Shown: piece by piece, positions 25,590 through 37,277 of the stretch | How the letters are laid out: every line of letters begins with the position of its first letter | Position numbering within the stretch: position 1 is the stretch's first letter | The notes under the pieces: model-generated | Databases searched by the model: none | Told to the model about the DNA's origin: nothing | The model's input: only the letters and a program-made list of their open reading frames with translations | Source: Octopus vulgaris | Taxonomy: Eukaryota | Assembly (NCBI GenBank): GCA_951406725.2 | Contig: OX597833.1 | Span: forward strand, 22,072,001 to 22,136,000 | Direction: 5' to 3' | Length of the DNA stretch: 64,000 nt | Translations under genes and position numbers: made by a program

Positions 25590-25940
25590 AGGGTGCCTCT
25601 ACCATGCCAACAATGGAGGCCTCTTCTCTGCCAATGATGAGAGTCTCTACCAATGACTCCATGATGGCTGGTAGAGTCATCTTGTAGAATCATCAAGGGT
25701 GCCTCTACCAGGCCAACGATGAAAATCTCAACTAGGGCAAATGATGAGAGCTTCTACAAAGCTGGGAAAGGAGCCTCTGCAAGCCAACAAAGGAGCTTCT
25801 GTGGGTCCAATGACAAGAGCCTCTATAGGGCCCAGGACCAATAAGGAGAGTCACTATAGGACTAATGAGGGAGCCTCTACTGAGCTGATGAGGAATGGAG
25901 TTGGAGAACTCTATCAATCAATAAAGGGGAGAGTTTACTG
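25590..25940. repeat. Degenerate minisatellite, about 24-bp unit (approx. GAGCCTCTACYAGGCCAATGATGA)
   Basis: The GAGCCTCTAC-like motif recurs at roughly 24-bp spacing. Confidence 0.6.
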
Positions 25941-26189
25941 AAACAGTATAAGGCTTCCAGTGGAGACAAAGCACTCCCTTCACACACAAACATTAACACC
26001 GCCTACGCTCCACTCAAACAGAGAGACCCTTTGTTGTTAACAGAAGTGACACACTTCTTGAACATTTTTTTATCCTTTCCTTACTCTGGCAGCCAAGCTT
26101 TTGCAACATCTACCTCCACTGCTGATTAGGTCACCTAGGTAACAGAAAGTAATAATTACTTCTAATGAGTTTCCTCAGCTTATGTTACT

Positions 26190-26420
26190 AACCTATTTCT
26201 TTACTACCCACAAGGGGTTAAACACAGAGGGGAAAAACAAGGACAGACAAATGGATTAAGTCGATTACATCGACCCCAGTGCATAACTGGTACTTATTTC
26301 GTCGACCCCAAAAGGATGAAAGGCAAAGTCGACCTCGGTGGAATTTGAACTCAGAACATAACGGCAGACGAAATACGGCTACACATTTCGCCCGGCGTGC
26401 TAATGATTCTGCAACCACTC
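26190..26420 (-). mobile_element. SINE family B
   Basis: Family B consensus match. Confidence 0.85.
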
Positions 26421-26998
26421 TCATGTATCTGTTACATATGAAATTCTTCTTCTCTGTTACTCTGCCTGATGACCCACCACATCAATTGTGCAACCATTAT
26501 TTGCATTAGGTTCAGGCAGTGAGCTGGCAGAATTGTTAGTGCACCTAGCAAAATGCTGAGCTGCATTTCTTCTAGCTTTTTAGTTTCTTAGATGTGATTT
26601 GTGGGAGATTTAACTGTTGTTACTAGCTGGTTGAACGACCACTTAAAAGCTACCTCTTGATTGGACTTCCAACATATCGTGACCCTAACAGAAAAGACTT
26701 AACACTGTTTGCTTTAGTTTCTTAGTTGAAATACTACCAGGGTTGACTTTATTGTTCATCTTTCTATGGTCAAGAAATAAGTTCAAATTCCACCTAAATG
26801 TTGATGGTCAGAGCTGACCACACAACCATGGGAGCACCTCGTTCAATTTACAGTTGGCCAGTAGGGAGGTGGGAGGAGCTACAGTAAACACAGCTAATCT
26901 AGTAACAGCTTACAGAAGTGTTCCATTGAGCAGAAAATCAATAATGGCAAAATGGGGTGTGTGTGAGGGAAATCATTGATACTGTTATTGTTAAGGTA

Positions 26999-27101
26999 CA
27001 CGATGAAAGCACCGGTCCTCATCTGATCACCGAAGTTAAGCAACGTCGAGCCTAGTTAGTACTTAGATGGGTGACCGCTTGGGAAACCTAGGTGCTGTAA
27101 G
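26999..27101 (+). pseudogene. 5S rRNA pseudogene, 5'-truncated (about 14 nt missing)
   Basis: CACGATGAAAGCACCGGTCCTCATCTGATCACCGAAGTTAAGCAACGTCGAGCCTAGTTAGTACTTAGATGGGTGACCGCTTGGGAAACCTAGGTGCTGTAAG aligns with metazoan 5S rRNA positions about 15-117 (box A and box C). There is no 5' helix I strand and no oligo-T terminator. Confidence 0.9.
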
Positions 27102-27113
27102 TGTCACACATTT

Positions 27114-27285
27114 AGGTGTAGGAGTAGCTTTGTGGTAAGTAGCTTGCTTACCAACCACATGGTTCCAGGTTCAGTCACACTGTGTGGCACCTTGGGCAAG
27201 TGTCTTCTACTATAGCCTCTGGCCAACCAAAGCCTTGTGAGTAGATTTGGTAGAAGGAAACTGAAAGAAGCCCGTTGTATATATG

Positions 27286-27318
<33 letters not shown>

Positions 27319-27535
27319 ATGTTTGTGTGTCTGTGTTTGTGCCCCCAACATCGCTTGACAACCAATGCTGGTGTGTTTACGTCCCTGTAACTTAGCGGCT
27401 CAGCAAAAGAGACCAAGAGAATAAGTACAAGGCTTACAAAGAATTAATCCTGGGGTCGATTTACTCGAGTAAAGGCGGTGTTCCAGCATGGCCACAGTCA
27501 CATGACTGAAACAAGTAAAAGAGCGTAAAGAGTAA
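27114..27535 (+). mobile_element. Full-length SINE family A
   Basis: Family A consensus match, starting about 12 bp after the 5S relic. Confidence 0.9.
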
Positions 27536-27979
27536 TGTAAACAATACGACCAAAGATGGAAAAAGAGGTAATAGGTGTATATACATATTTCAGGAATTCT
27601 TGCTGCTTCTTCAGTGCCACATCTGACCCATTAATTAAACAACTGGACACCCATTGTTGAAACTGATGCAGGATCCAGCCATATCTCTTTATGTTCTAAA
27701 TTTAATTATTACTAAATTCAAACTTCACCTTTCATTCATTTGACAGGGTGAAGTGAGGGCAACAAAATAAGAAGGAATAAATTAATGGGGGCTGATCTAA
27801 TATCCCATGTTTGCATGATTAAGAAGCTCACTTTGAAACCAAATTGTTTCAGGTTCAGTCCTATGGTGTGGAAACTAAGGCAGTGTGCCACTGTGTGGAA
27901 ACTCTACTAGCTGATCTATGGCTTGTGAGTGAATTTGGTAGACAGAGACTGTGTAGAAACCTATTGTAGATAATTCCTT

Positions 27980-28175
27980 CTTTGGAACATTGGTTCTCAA
28001 AGCATATCGCATAAAGCTATAAATGATAGCATGTAAATATTGGGATGAAAAACCAATCTGGATAGAAAAATGTTGACTTTTTCTATCCAGAACTGTTTTT
28101 CAACCCAATATTGCTTTTATGCTTCTATTTATAGCTTTATCTATGGCTTTACTTGCTTCAAGATCCTGTTCCCAA
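27980..28175. mobile_element. Fold-back (MITE-like) repeat
   Basis: Arms ..ATAAAGCTATAAAT..AATATTGGGATGAAAAAC..TCTGGATAGAAAAA and TTTTTCTATCCAGA..GTTTTTCAACCCAATATT..ATTTATAGCTTTAT; homologous copy at about 56040-56270. Confidence 0.65.
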
Positions 28176-28579
28176 AAAGTATTACTTCATGTTCTCTTGG
28201 AAGTTTATAAAAGTCTTATATAAATAAATATGTGTGTGTGTGTGTGTGTGTGTCCATGCAAAATTGATTTACAACCTATGTTGGTTTGTTTACATTCTCA
28301 TGATGTAGCAGTTTGGCAAAAGAAACTGGTAGAATAAAAGAAAAAACAAACAAACCCATAAGTGCTGGGGTCAATTTGTGTAACTAAAACCTTTCAAAGA
28401 GGTGCTCCAGCATGGCCACAGTACAATGTCTGAAACAAGTAGTAGATATTCCCTCACCACACACACACACACACAACCCCCTTCCCCCACCCAAAAGTTT
28501 GGACTTGTAACTATGTTAGAAGTCAAAGGTAACCTTAGCCAAATTTGAACTCAGGGCATAAAGTTCCAGAACTAAATAT

Positions 28580-29228
28580 TCTATTCTACTCTTGGCACAA
28601 TGACCAAAAATTTTTGGAGAGGGGACTAGTCGATTAGATTGATCCCAGTATGGAACTGGTACTTGATTTATCGATCCTGAAAAGATGAAAGGCAAAGTTG
28701 ACCTCAGCAGAATTTGAACTCACAACGTAGACAGACGAAATACTGCTATGCATTTCGCCCGGCATGCTAACATTTCTGCTAGCTCACCGCCTTTCCAGAA
28801 CTAAATATTATGAAAGTATTTAAGCTTATACCTTTTACTTGTTTCAGTCACTGGAGAGCAGTCATGCTGGGGCCTTTAAAGGTTTTATAGTTAGTTGAGC
28901 AAATCGACCCCTAGAACTTATTTTTAAGCCTGGTACTTGTTTCTATTGGTCTCTTTTGCCAAACTGCTAAGTCATGAAGACGTAAACAAAGCAACACTGG
29001 TTATCAAGTAGTGGTAGAGGGACAAACACAGGCACAAAGACACAAACACACATGCACAAATAACGGGCTTCCACACAGTTTTCATCAACCAAATTTGCTC
29101 ACAAGGTATCAGTCGACCTGAGGGCTATAGCAGAAGACACTTGCCCAAGGTGCTGCACAGCAGGGTTGAACCTGAAACCACATGGTTGCAAAGTGAGCTT
29201 CTTAACCACACAGCCAGGCCTGCACCTA
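28580..29228 (-). mobile_element. SINE family B (28580-28793) and SINE family A (28830-29228)
   Basis: Consensus matches. Confidence 0.8.
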
Positions 29229-30644
29229 TATTTTGTTAAACTTTCTGACAAATCCACTGACACACCAACCTAATAAAAAGATGAATTACAAATACAAGAT
29301 TTTTTTTTTAGCAATAACAAAAGTATTTGGTATTACAAGGCAGTAAAGAAGAATGTTTATGAGAGGGGAAAACACGATCCTTTATTTGAACAACCTATAG
29401 AATTATGAAGGTGTTCTTTGATTTTATAGGTTAAGCTCTTGTAATCTTTAGAATAAAAGACACTTGCTAATTTAACTTATTCATTCTATTCCTCCCTTTG
29501 CCCTTAATCTCCAGTTAACCATAAATTTTATTCAGTCATATTTTCTTTACAAGACTTGTTCCATTTCTTGATATTGTTTGCACACAATTCAACAACAACA
29601 ACAACAATGACGACGACGACGACGACTACAACAGTGATGTTAACAACAACAAATAAAGAAAAGTAAGTTAAATATATATATATAACAATATACAAGCACC
29701 TGTGCCAAGCAATATTCTTAATCTTAATAAGTTTAACCCATCCAAATAACCACCCACATAATCACCTAATAACCTAGTTGATGAAGGTGCCACCAGGCTG
29801 CCCTCAGAAGATCTCTCTCTCTTCCCTCTCTCCCTCTCTCTTTGTCTCTCTCTCTCTCTCTATCTCTATCCCTCTCTTCCCAATTGTTTATATAGACCCT
29901 ATGGCAATATATTCCTTCTACATGAATAAAGGAAGGTATAATAAAAATTTTGAGACAGTGGTCCCTCACCACACACACACACACACACATACACAAACAT
30001 ACACATACAAACACACACATACATACACAGATATATGTAGATTACTTGTATGAGAGAAATCCAGTCAACCGAACTGGGTCAATATATTATTGATTTCTAC
30101 TACTGGTTTCAAATATTGGCACATGGCCAGCAGTTTTAGGGGAGGGGTTAAGTTAATTACAGTGGCCCCAGTGTCCAACTGGTATTTATTTTATGAACCT
30201 TGAAAGGAAGAAAGGCATAGCTGAGCTTGGCAGAATTTGAACTCAGAACGTAAAGATGGATGAAACGCCACTAAGCATTTTGCCTGGTGTGCTAATGATT
30301 CTGCCAGCTCAGCACCTTATTGATTTCCAATATTGACTGAGACTAAGACCACATATTTTGTAGTGATTAAACCTCAGTATTTTACTGGTACTTCCTTCTA
30401 TCAACCCAGTAAAGATGACAGATAAAGATCTCCTTTCTATTATGTTTCCATTCATATAAGGAACAGGTGTGGCTGTGTGGTTAAGAAACTTGCCATGCAA
30501 CCATGTGGTGTTGGGGTCTGTATCACTGCAAGACATCTAGGGCACAGTGCTTGTCTTCTGCTATAGCCCCAGGCTGATCAAAGCCTTGCAAGTGGATTTG
30601 GCTGATGGAAATGGTTTGCAAGCCTGTCATACATATGTGCATAT

Positions 30645-31050
30645 ATCATCATCATCGTTTAATATCCGTTTTCCATGCTAGCATGGGTTGGACGGTTCGA
30701 CTGGGGTCTGGGATGCCAGGAGGCTGCACCAGGCTCCAGTCTGATCTGGCTGTGTTTCTACAGTTGGATGTCCTTCCTAACGCCAACCACAGGTGCCAGG
30801 GGAGGCTTGCAACGGCCACAATAGGTTGGTGCTTTTTATGTTCCACAAGCACAGAAGCCAGTCAAGGCGGCGCTGGCATCAGCCACATTTGGATGGTGCT
30901 TTTTACGTGCCCCCGACACAGGTATCCAACAACAATTTCTATTTGATTTTTATTTCATGTTGATGTACTTGACTCAACAGGTCACCCTACGATCCAAGGT
31001 AAGCACAGCAGGCCGTTCTGTGATCCAAGGTACTTTGGATGGGCTGGGGA
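30645..31050 (-). mobile_element. Family D retroposon
   Basis: Reverse complement of 62985-63430. Confidence 0.85.
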
Positions 31051-31115
31051 TATATATATAAAGTAAAAAGTAAAAGTGTCAAAAGGAAGAGTAAGTACAG
31101 TTAGGCAGCTTTTTA

Positions 31116-31238
31116 ATCACTACAAATGTTTCAATACATACAAGAACCTCATATATACAAGATTTAAAGTTGAGTTTAAATTAAATTATTTCACAATTTA
31201 CCTGAATGAGAAGATCTATATGTATCTCCTCAGGTGAT
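31116..31238 (-). ncRNA. Type I hammerhead ribozyme with a very large loop II
   Basis: Reverse complement: ATCAC CTGAGGA GATACATA [about 78 nt] TATGTATT GAA AC ATTT GT A GTGAT. Stem I is 5 bp, stem II is 8 bp, and the cleavage triplet is GUA. Confidence 0.75.
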
Positions 31239-31539
31239 ACTCAGTAAATTTAGACTTCCATGCTACAACATCCATGGCTTCTTCTTTGAAACTAACAAAT
31301 GCTGAGTTTCAATTTGCTCTGTATGAGTGTGTTATCATGTTTGACATGAGCAGCAATGTGCATGTTGTCTGTTTATTTATTTAGTTTCAACATGTTATTC
31401 TACACACGCCAAGCTGTACCATTATGCAAAATACATTCATCCATTAGTTCATACTTATACAATCACTTACACACCGATATATCCTGCATCACTGAATGTT
31501 TCCATACATACACACATACACACACACATTTTTTTTTCT

Positions 31540-31872
31540 TTGACCGCCTTCGGTCAGACACTGACCATGGGTTTGCACCTAGAGAGTTACCCTCTGAGGC
31601 ACAAGTCTGGGCAAGGTTGTTTTTTATGGAAGACCAGCAGTCGCCCATGCATACCGGCCTTCCCTCTCCACGTCACCGATGTTGTCCAAGGGAAAGGCAA
31701 GGGCCGATACAGCTTGGCACCTGTGACGTCGCAACTCATTTCTACAGCTGAGTGAACTGGAGCAACGTGAAATAAAGTGTCTTGCTCAAGAACACAACAC
31801 GCAGCCCGGTCCGGGATTCAAGCTCACAACCTCACGATCGTAAGCTCGACGCTCTGAGCCACACGCCTTCAC
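31540..31872 (-). mobile_element. tRNA-derived SINE (family C-related)
   Basis: tRNA head on the minus strand at about 31800-31870; TGTGTTCTTGAGCAAGACACTT. Confidence 0.8.
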
Positions 31873-32138
31873 ATGCAAACACATACACATATACATGCAT
31901 ATATATAAAAATATATGTACATATATTCAGATGCACACACGCATATATATACTCACCTCCATATCAATAAACACATTCACATCTATACATAGACACTTAT
32001 ACATTTATCTACTCATTTCCATGTACATAGTTATATCTACATGGTTATATCACTGAACGCTCCATAATAAATACCCCTATACATATGTGAAGGGGGTAAA
32101 AAATGGGTTTAGCAAGATAGAATAATGATAATTATAAT

Positions 32139-33024
32139 TTATACACTGTTCCATCTAGAAAATGCATATTTGGCACGGTGGTTACATCTTGGAATTTTCC
32201 CATCATATTTATTCACTAGATTTTCATTACTCAGTAGAACACTCAGTGCTTCATCAAGGCAAAGGTCACATTTGCCAGATAGTGAAGTACATGGATGTGT
32301 GTTTTTTATTTTTGACCATACTATTTGGTATTTAATTTCTGATTCTGTCACTCCCCATATGAGGTCTGCCAGCGAGGTCGTGTGCCGTCTATTTATTTTT
32401 CAGAATGATGAGATGTGGTTTCGATTACAGACTTTGAATTGGTTTTCAGTGGCACCTATATACACGTAATTATGTTGAGATGTATAGATTATGCATTTAT
32501 ATACTATGTTTTTTTGAGCACATTGGTTCAGGAGCGGACATGTAGATTTTCTATGGCAAGTGCAGTTAATTGTATCCTTATTATTCTTATATTTATCTGG
32601 CAGCTTTTTGATTCTGTTTTCATGATGTTCTGTTTGATTTCTAGTATCCGAGCCTTCGTTTAATTGGTAATCTGTTTTGTTGGATCTTTTTGGATGATAT
32701 ATTTCATCTATATTGTCACTGTCTTTTACGCTATCTGAGATTTTGCAGTCTATCTGTTGTTTATTTTGGTTATTGGTGTTAAATTCTGTGTAGTTTTGAT
32801 TTGCTTGTTCTCTACCAGCAGATGCTGATTGTGTTTTCAATTTCTTGTTGTTGTATTTGTGTATGTAATACTCCATGTTGTAAGATGTTGCATACAATAT
32901 TTTCACTGTGTGTTTGTTGAATAAAAGGGTAGTATTTATGTGTTTTAGGAAAGCATCTATTTAATGCTGCAATGAATTGCTTACCAATCTTGGATGATAT
33001 TTGGAGTCCAAAAATTGGATTATA

Positions 33025-33028
<4 letters not shown>
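32139..33028 (-). mobile_element. Penelope-like retroelement relic: linker and C-terminal GIY-YIG endonuclease
   Basis: WYNPIFGLQISSKIGKQF..FP..HKY; CTCHRKSTCPLLNQCAQKNIVYKC..YVYIGATENQFK..NHISSF*..TSLADLIW..KCDLCLDE..LVNK..CNH. One frameshift and one TGA; 5'-truncated at a (TA)n tract. Confidence 0.92.
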
Positions 33029-33070
<42 letters not shown>

Positions 33071-33200
33071 TATGGGTTGTATACTGTCAATCTAACAAGA
33101 ACGTGACAGTATGGGGTACACCACCGCTGTATAGCCCTAGGAAGCATTGAACGCCTCCTGATGGCTTTGACACATTTTTCCCTGTGTCCTTATATACATA

Positions 33201-33324
33201 TACGAAGGGGAGACAAACACCCCCGGCTGCCAAAGCTGCATCTAGGGACACGTGTTTCAGGATCGTTGTCCTTCATCGGCCTAGAGTAGCAGAGTCAGCT
33301 GGTGATATTTGTCTCAACTTCGTA
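33201..33324 (-). ncRNA. Type I hammerhead ribozyme with long extended stem I
   Basis: Reverse complement core 33285-33241: TCTAGG CCGATGA AGGA caacga TCCT GAA AC ACGT GT C CCTAGA. Stem III is the palindrome ACACGTGT. Stem I extends via CTGC/GCAG, GAGACAAA/TTTGTCTC and TACGAAG/CTTCGTA. Confidence 0.85.
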
Positions 33325-33408
33325 ATTGTATATATCTATAACTCAGTGAAGTCTATTCACTGATTATCAAAATAAGAAATATTGAATTTCTAAATCTCTC
33401 GTAGAGAC

Positions 33409-33485
<77 letters not shown>

Positions 33486-33619
33486 TAATACAAATAAGAA
33501 AATGGAGAAAACAATTTAGTTGGTTTATCAGCTTTAGGATATTAGAATGTTGAATTATTTATTTAAAAAAACGAGAACCATAATAACATACCTATATACA
33601 TTAAAGTATATATATATAT

Positions 33620-34007
33620 CATTATCATCATCATCGTTTAACGTCCGTTCTCCATGCTAGCATGTGTTGGACGGTTCGACTGGGGATCTGGGAAGCCAGA
33701 AGGCTGCACCAGGCTCCAGTCTTATCTGGCAGTGTTTCTACAGCTCGATGCCCTTCCTAACGCCAACCACTCCGTGAGTGTAGTGGGTGCTTTTTACGTG
33801 CCACCTGCACAGGTGCCAGGTGAGGCGGCACTGGCATCGGCCACGATTCAGATGGTGCTTTTTATGTGCCACCGGCATGGAAGCCAGTCGAGGCGGCGCT
33901 GGCATCGGTCACGATTCAGATAGTGCTTTTTATGTACCACCAGTCCAGGGGTCCTGGCATCTGCCGGGTGCCAGTCATAGGATTGGTTCAATTTCGATTC
34001 CAATTTC

Positions 34008-34010
<3 letters not shown>
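33620..34010 (-). mobile_element. Family D retroposon (CpG-rich, young)
   Basis: (CAT)n tail, GATGCCCTTCCTAACGCCAACC and tandem GGTGCTTTTTAYGTGCCACC subrepeats. Confidence 0.85.
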
Positions 34011-34060
<50 letters not shown>

Positions 34061-34090
34061 ATGTATGTATGTATGTATGTATATATATAT

Positions 34091-34417
34091 GACTCATGAG
34101 TCATCTTCGTAGTCATAAAACGAGACAGATGAGAGTGACAACCTGGCCACTGGTGGTGGTGTAACACACCATACTAATCATATCTGTCGGGCATGTGGAA
34201 GAGAGTGTAATTCAGCAGGAGGACTTAAACGACATGCAGAGGCACATGAAGCCCAGTTACAACTACAGCCGGCTATTACCGGTAAAGGTTTTAGTTGCCA
34301 ATTCTGCACAAGACATTGTAGATCTTTAGCTGGGCTAAAAAGTCACATTCGATCACAGCACCAGTAACAGTTAAGCTTTGTGCAATGGCCATACTCGATA
34401 ACGAGGGGGCAGCCATA
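34091..34417 (+). mobile_element. RTE-clade LINE 3' end with tandem C2H2 zinc fingers
   Basis: LMSHLRSH [frameshift] [48 protein letters not shown] (stop 34365-34367); short 3' UTR, then (TA)n. Confidence 0.6.
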
Positions 34418-34685
<268 letters not shown>

Positions 34686-35186
34686 GAAGTTTTCCTATAT
34701 TGTCATTGAAAGATTGAAATAGTGAGTAATTAACAATCAACAACTGAGAAGGGGTTACACTTGTGGTATTTTGTCCCGTACTTGTCTCCCATTATTTGTT
34801 TATGTATTTTTCACTTGCTGGTGATGTCCTGTTATTATTATATATTGTTGGGAAATTTTTCCTGTACTTATCACTCATGTGTCTATGTATTTTTCACTTG
34901 TTGGTGATGTCTTGTACTTGATGTATTTTATATTTATATATATATATGTATATAGGCTTCCTTCAGTTTCTGTCTACCATATTCACTCAAAATGAAAAAA
35001 AAAGTAATAAATAAAACAAAAATATTGTTGTTGTTTAGCATCAGGCTATCCTTGATTGAGCATAACTCTGATCAAAAGTGTTTCACACATGACCATCACA
35101 TCTTTTCTTAAGTCATCTGAGACTTCACTGACTAAAATAGGACTTCCTTATTTAAGACAGTAGGGAGATGTGGCTGTTATTTCTAG

Positions 35187-35243
<57 letters not shown>

Positions 35244-35249
35244 ATTGTC

Positions 35250-35700
35250 ACTAATTGTGATTGATGGGGCAGGGTAGCACCTGCATTGCTAGAAATAAGA
35301 ACTAAAACCCTTTAGGACTGCAAAGAAGCACATGTCTATGTACTGACAGGGGAGATAACCACCCCACAGTAAGCGAGATCATCATACTAGTCCAGTTTTG
35401 TTTTCAATTAAATGCCTTCATTACTTTATGGTTTTCACATTACCATTTTGCTGAAGCATCATCCGTTGATTCATAAGGTAAATACCGTATACTGACAGTT
35501 GGGATTTAGCCAAACTATCCAGCAATGAAGTAATCACCACTGATGAGTTTTTAATTCAAAGCAAAACTAGACTAGTATGTTTATCTTGCTTGCTGTGGTG
35601 CATAGATATGTAGTTCTTTGTAGCCCTAAGGGTTTTTACCTTTTATAGCTATTATTTCTAGCAACGTAGGTGCTGCCCTGCACCGTCAGTCACAATTAGT
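35250..35700. mobile_element. Inverted-repeat element with a degenerate hammerhead in the right arm (35538-35579)
   Basis: Arms of about 160 bp (ACTAATTGTGA..GCAGGGTAGCACCT..TTGCTAGAAAT and ATTTCTAGCAA..AGGTGCTGCCCTGC..TCACAATTAGT). HHR-like CA CTGATGA GTTTT taattc AAAGC AAAAC TAGACTA GTA TG. Confidence 0.7.
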
Positions 35701-35786
35701 TTTATATTGCTTATAGTCAACTTTGTTGTTGTTGTTGTTATTATCATTATTGTTGTTGTTGTTGTTGTTGTTATTATTATTATATA

Positions 35787-36177
35787 TTCTTTTATTCTTT
35801 TATTTGTTTCAGTCATTTGACAGTGGTCATGCTAGAGTAAGTCAAACAAATTGACCCCAGGACTTATTCTTTGTAAGCCTGGAACTTATTCTATCGGTCT
35901 CTTTTTGCCGAACCACTAAGTTACGGGGATGTGAACACACCAACATCTGTTGTCAAGCAATGTTGGGGGGACAAACACAGACACACAAACACACACACAC
36001 ACATATGTATACACGACGGGCTTCATTCAGTTTCCATCAACCAAATCCACTCATAAGGCTTTGGTCAGCCCAAGGCTATAGTTGAACACACTTGCCCAAG
36101 GTGCCATGCAGTGGGACTGAACTGGATCCATGTGGTTGGTAAGCAAGTTACTTACCACACAGCCACTTCTGTGCCTA
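35787..36177 (-). mobile_element. Full-length SINE family A
   Basis: Consensus match. Confidence 0.9.
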
Positions 36178-36195
36178 TATATATACACATACACA

Positions 36196-36302
<107 letters not shown>

Positions 36303-36791
36303 GTATATACACACATATACACACACAGATGAGGGCACAATCTAAAAATCAATATGAAGATCTTTGAGTCACACATGATGTGATACAGAAGAATGACACC
36401 TCTGATGTGTTATGTTGGATGAATGGATTGTTGCTGGATTAATTTACTGTCTCATCATGTTGCCTTATCTTCAGACCTCAACTGCTAGCGGAATCATAAA
36501 GGTGCTGGAGAGGAGCCCCATAACTTTCCTGGCCTGATGACTACAGCCATCTAAGAGAGAAGGAGGAGAGAGGGGGAATGTGGGGTGTGGGGAGAGAGAC
36601 AGAGAGGCAGGCAGACAGACAGAGAAATGATTCCTGGTACTGGGCTGGTATTTTATTTATCAAAACCATAAAGAAGAAATGCATAGTCAACCTCAGTGGA
36701 GTTTGAACTCAGAGTGTTGAGAGCTGGATCAAGGGCTGCACTAACAATTCTGTTAGTTTGCAGCCTTATTTCTTATATTAGTTGTCATATC

Positions 36792-37277
36792 AGGACAATT
36801 ACTCCACTAGGACAATTACCAGCCCACGCCCCAGGAGCCCCTCTCCCCGACGACAGCTATCCCCACGATAATTACACCCCCTTGGTTAATTACCCCCTCT
36901 CCAATATATAAAGAAATTTTAAATCATCCTCAGTGGAGGTACATAGCCTGGTGTTTTGAGCAGTGGACTCGCAGTCGAGGGACCGTGGGTTCAAATCTCA
37001 GACTGGGTGATGTGTGTGTTTATGAGTGAAACACCTAAGCTCCACGCGGCTCCGGCAGAAGGCAATAGTGAACTTCTGCTGTCTCTTTCGCCACAACTTT
37101 CTCTCACTCTTTCCTCCTGCATCTTGCAGCTCACCTGCAATGGACCGGCGTCCTGTCCAGGTGGGGAACCTATATGCCAAGGAAACTGGGAAACCAGCCC
37201 TAATGAACCAGGCATGGCTCAAGAAGGAACAAACATCCTCAGGTGTAATTTGTCCATAAGGGGGTAAATGTCCAAGA
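36792..37277. mobile_element. MITE-like element with repeated GGACAATTAC subterminal motifs, interrupted by a SINE
   Basis: GGACAATTAC twice and TAATTACCCC on the left; GTAATTTGTCC and GGGGGTAAATGTCC on the right. Confidence 0.5.
36934..37233 (+). mobile_element. SINE family C, full length
   Basis: Matches 11001-11302; 9-bp TSD CATCCTCAG (36925-36933 and 37234-37242). Confidence 0.9.

Noticed and set aside
26999-27101. Functional 5S rRNA gene
   Set aside because: It lacks the 5' strand of helix I and the oligo-T terminator, is a single copy, and has substitutions.
27580-27620. Minus-strand CTGAAGA...GAAATA hammerhead-like spacing
   Set aside because: Stems I and II do not pair convincingly.
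32400-32402. In-frame TGA in the Penelope endonuclease as selenocysteine
   Set aside because: It is not at a Cys position, is simply explained by CGA to TGA decay, and the element also has a frameshift.
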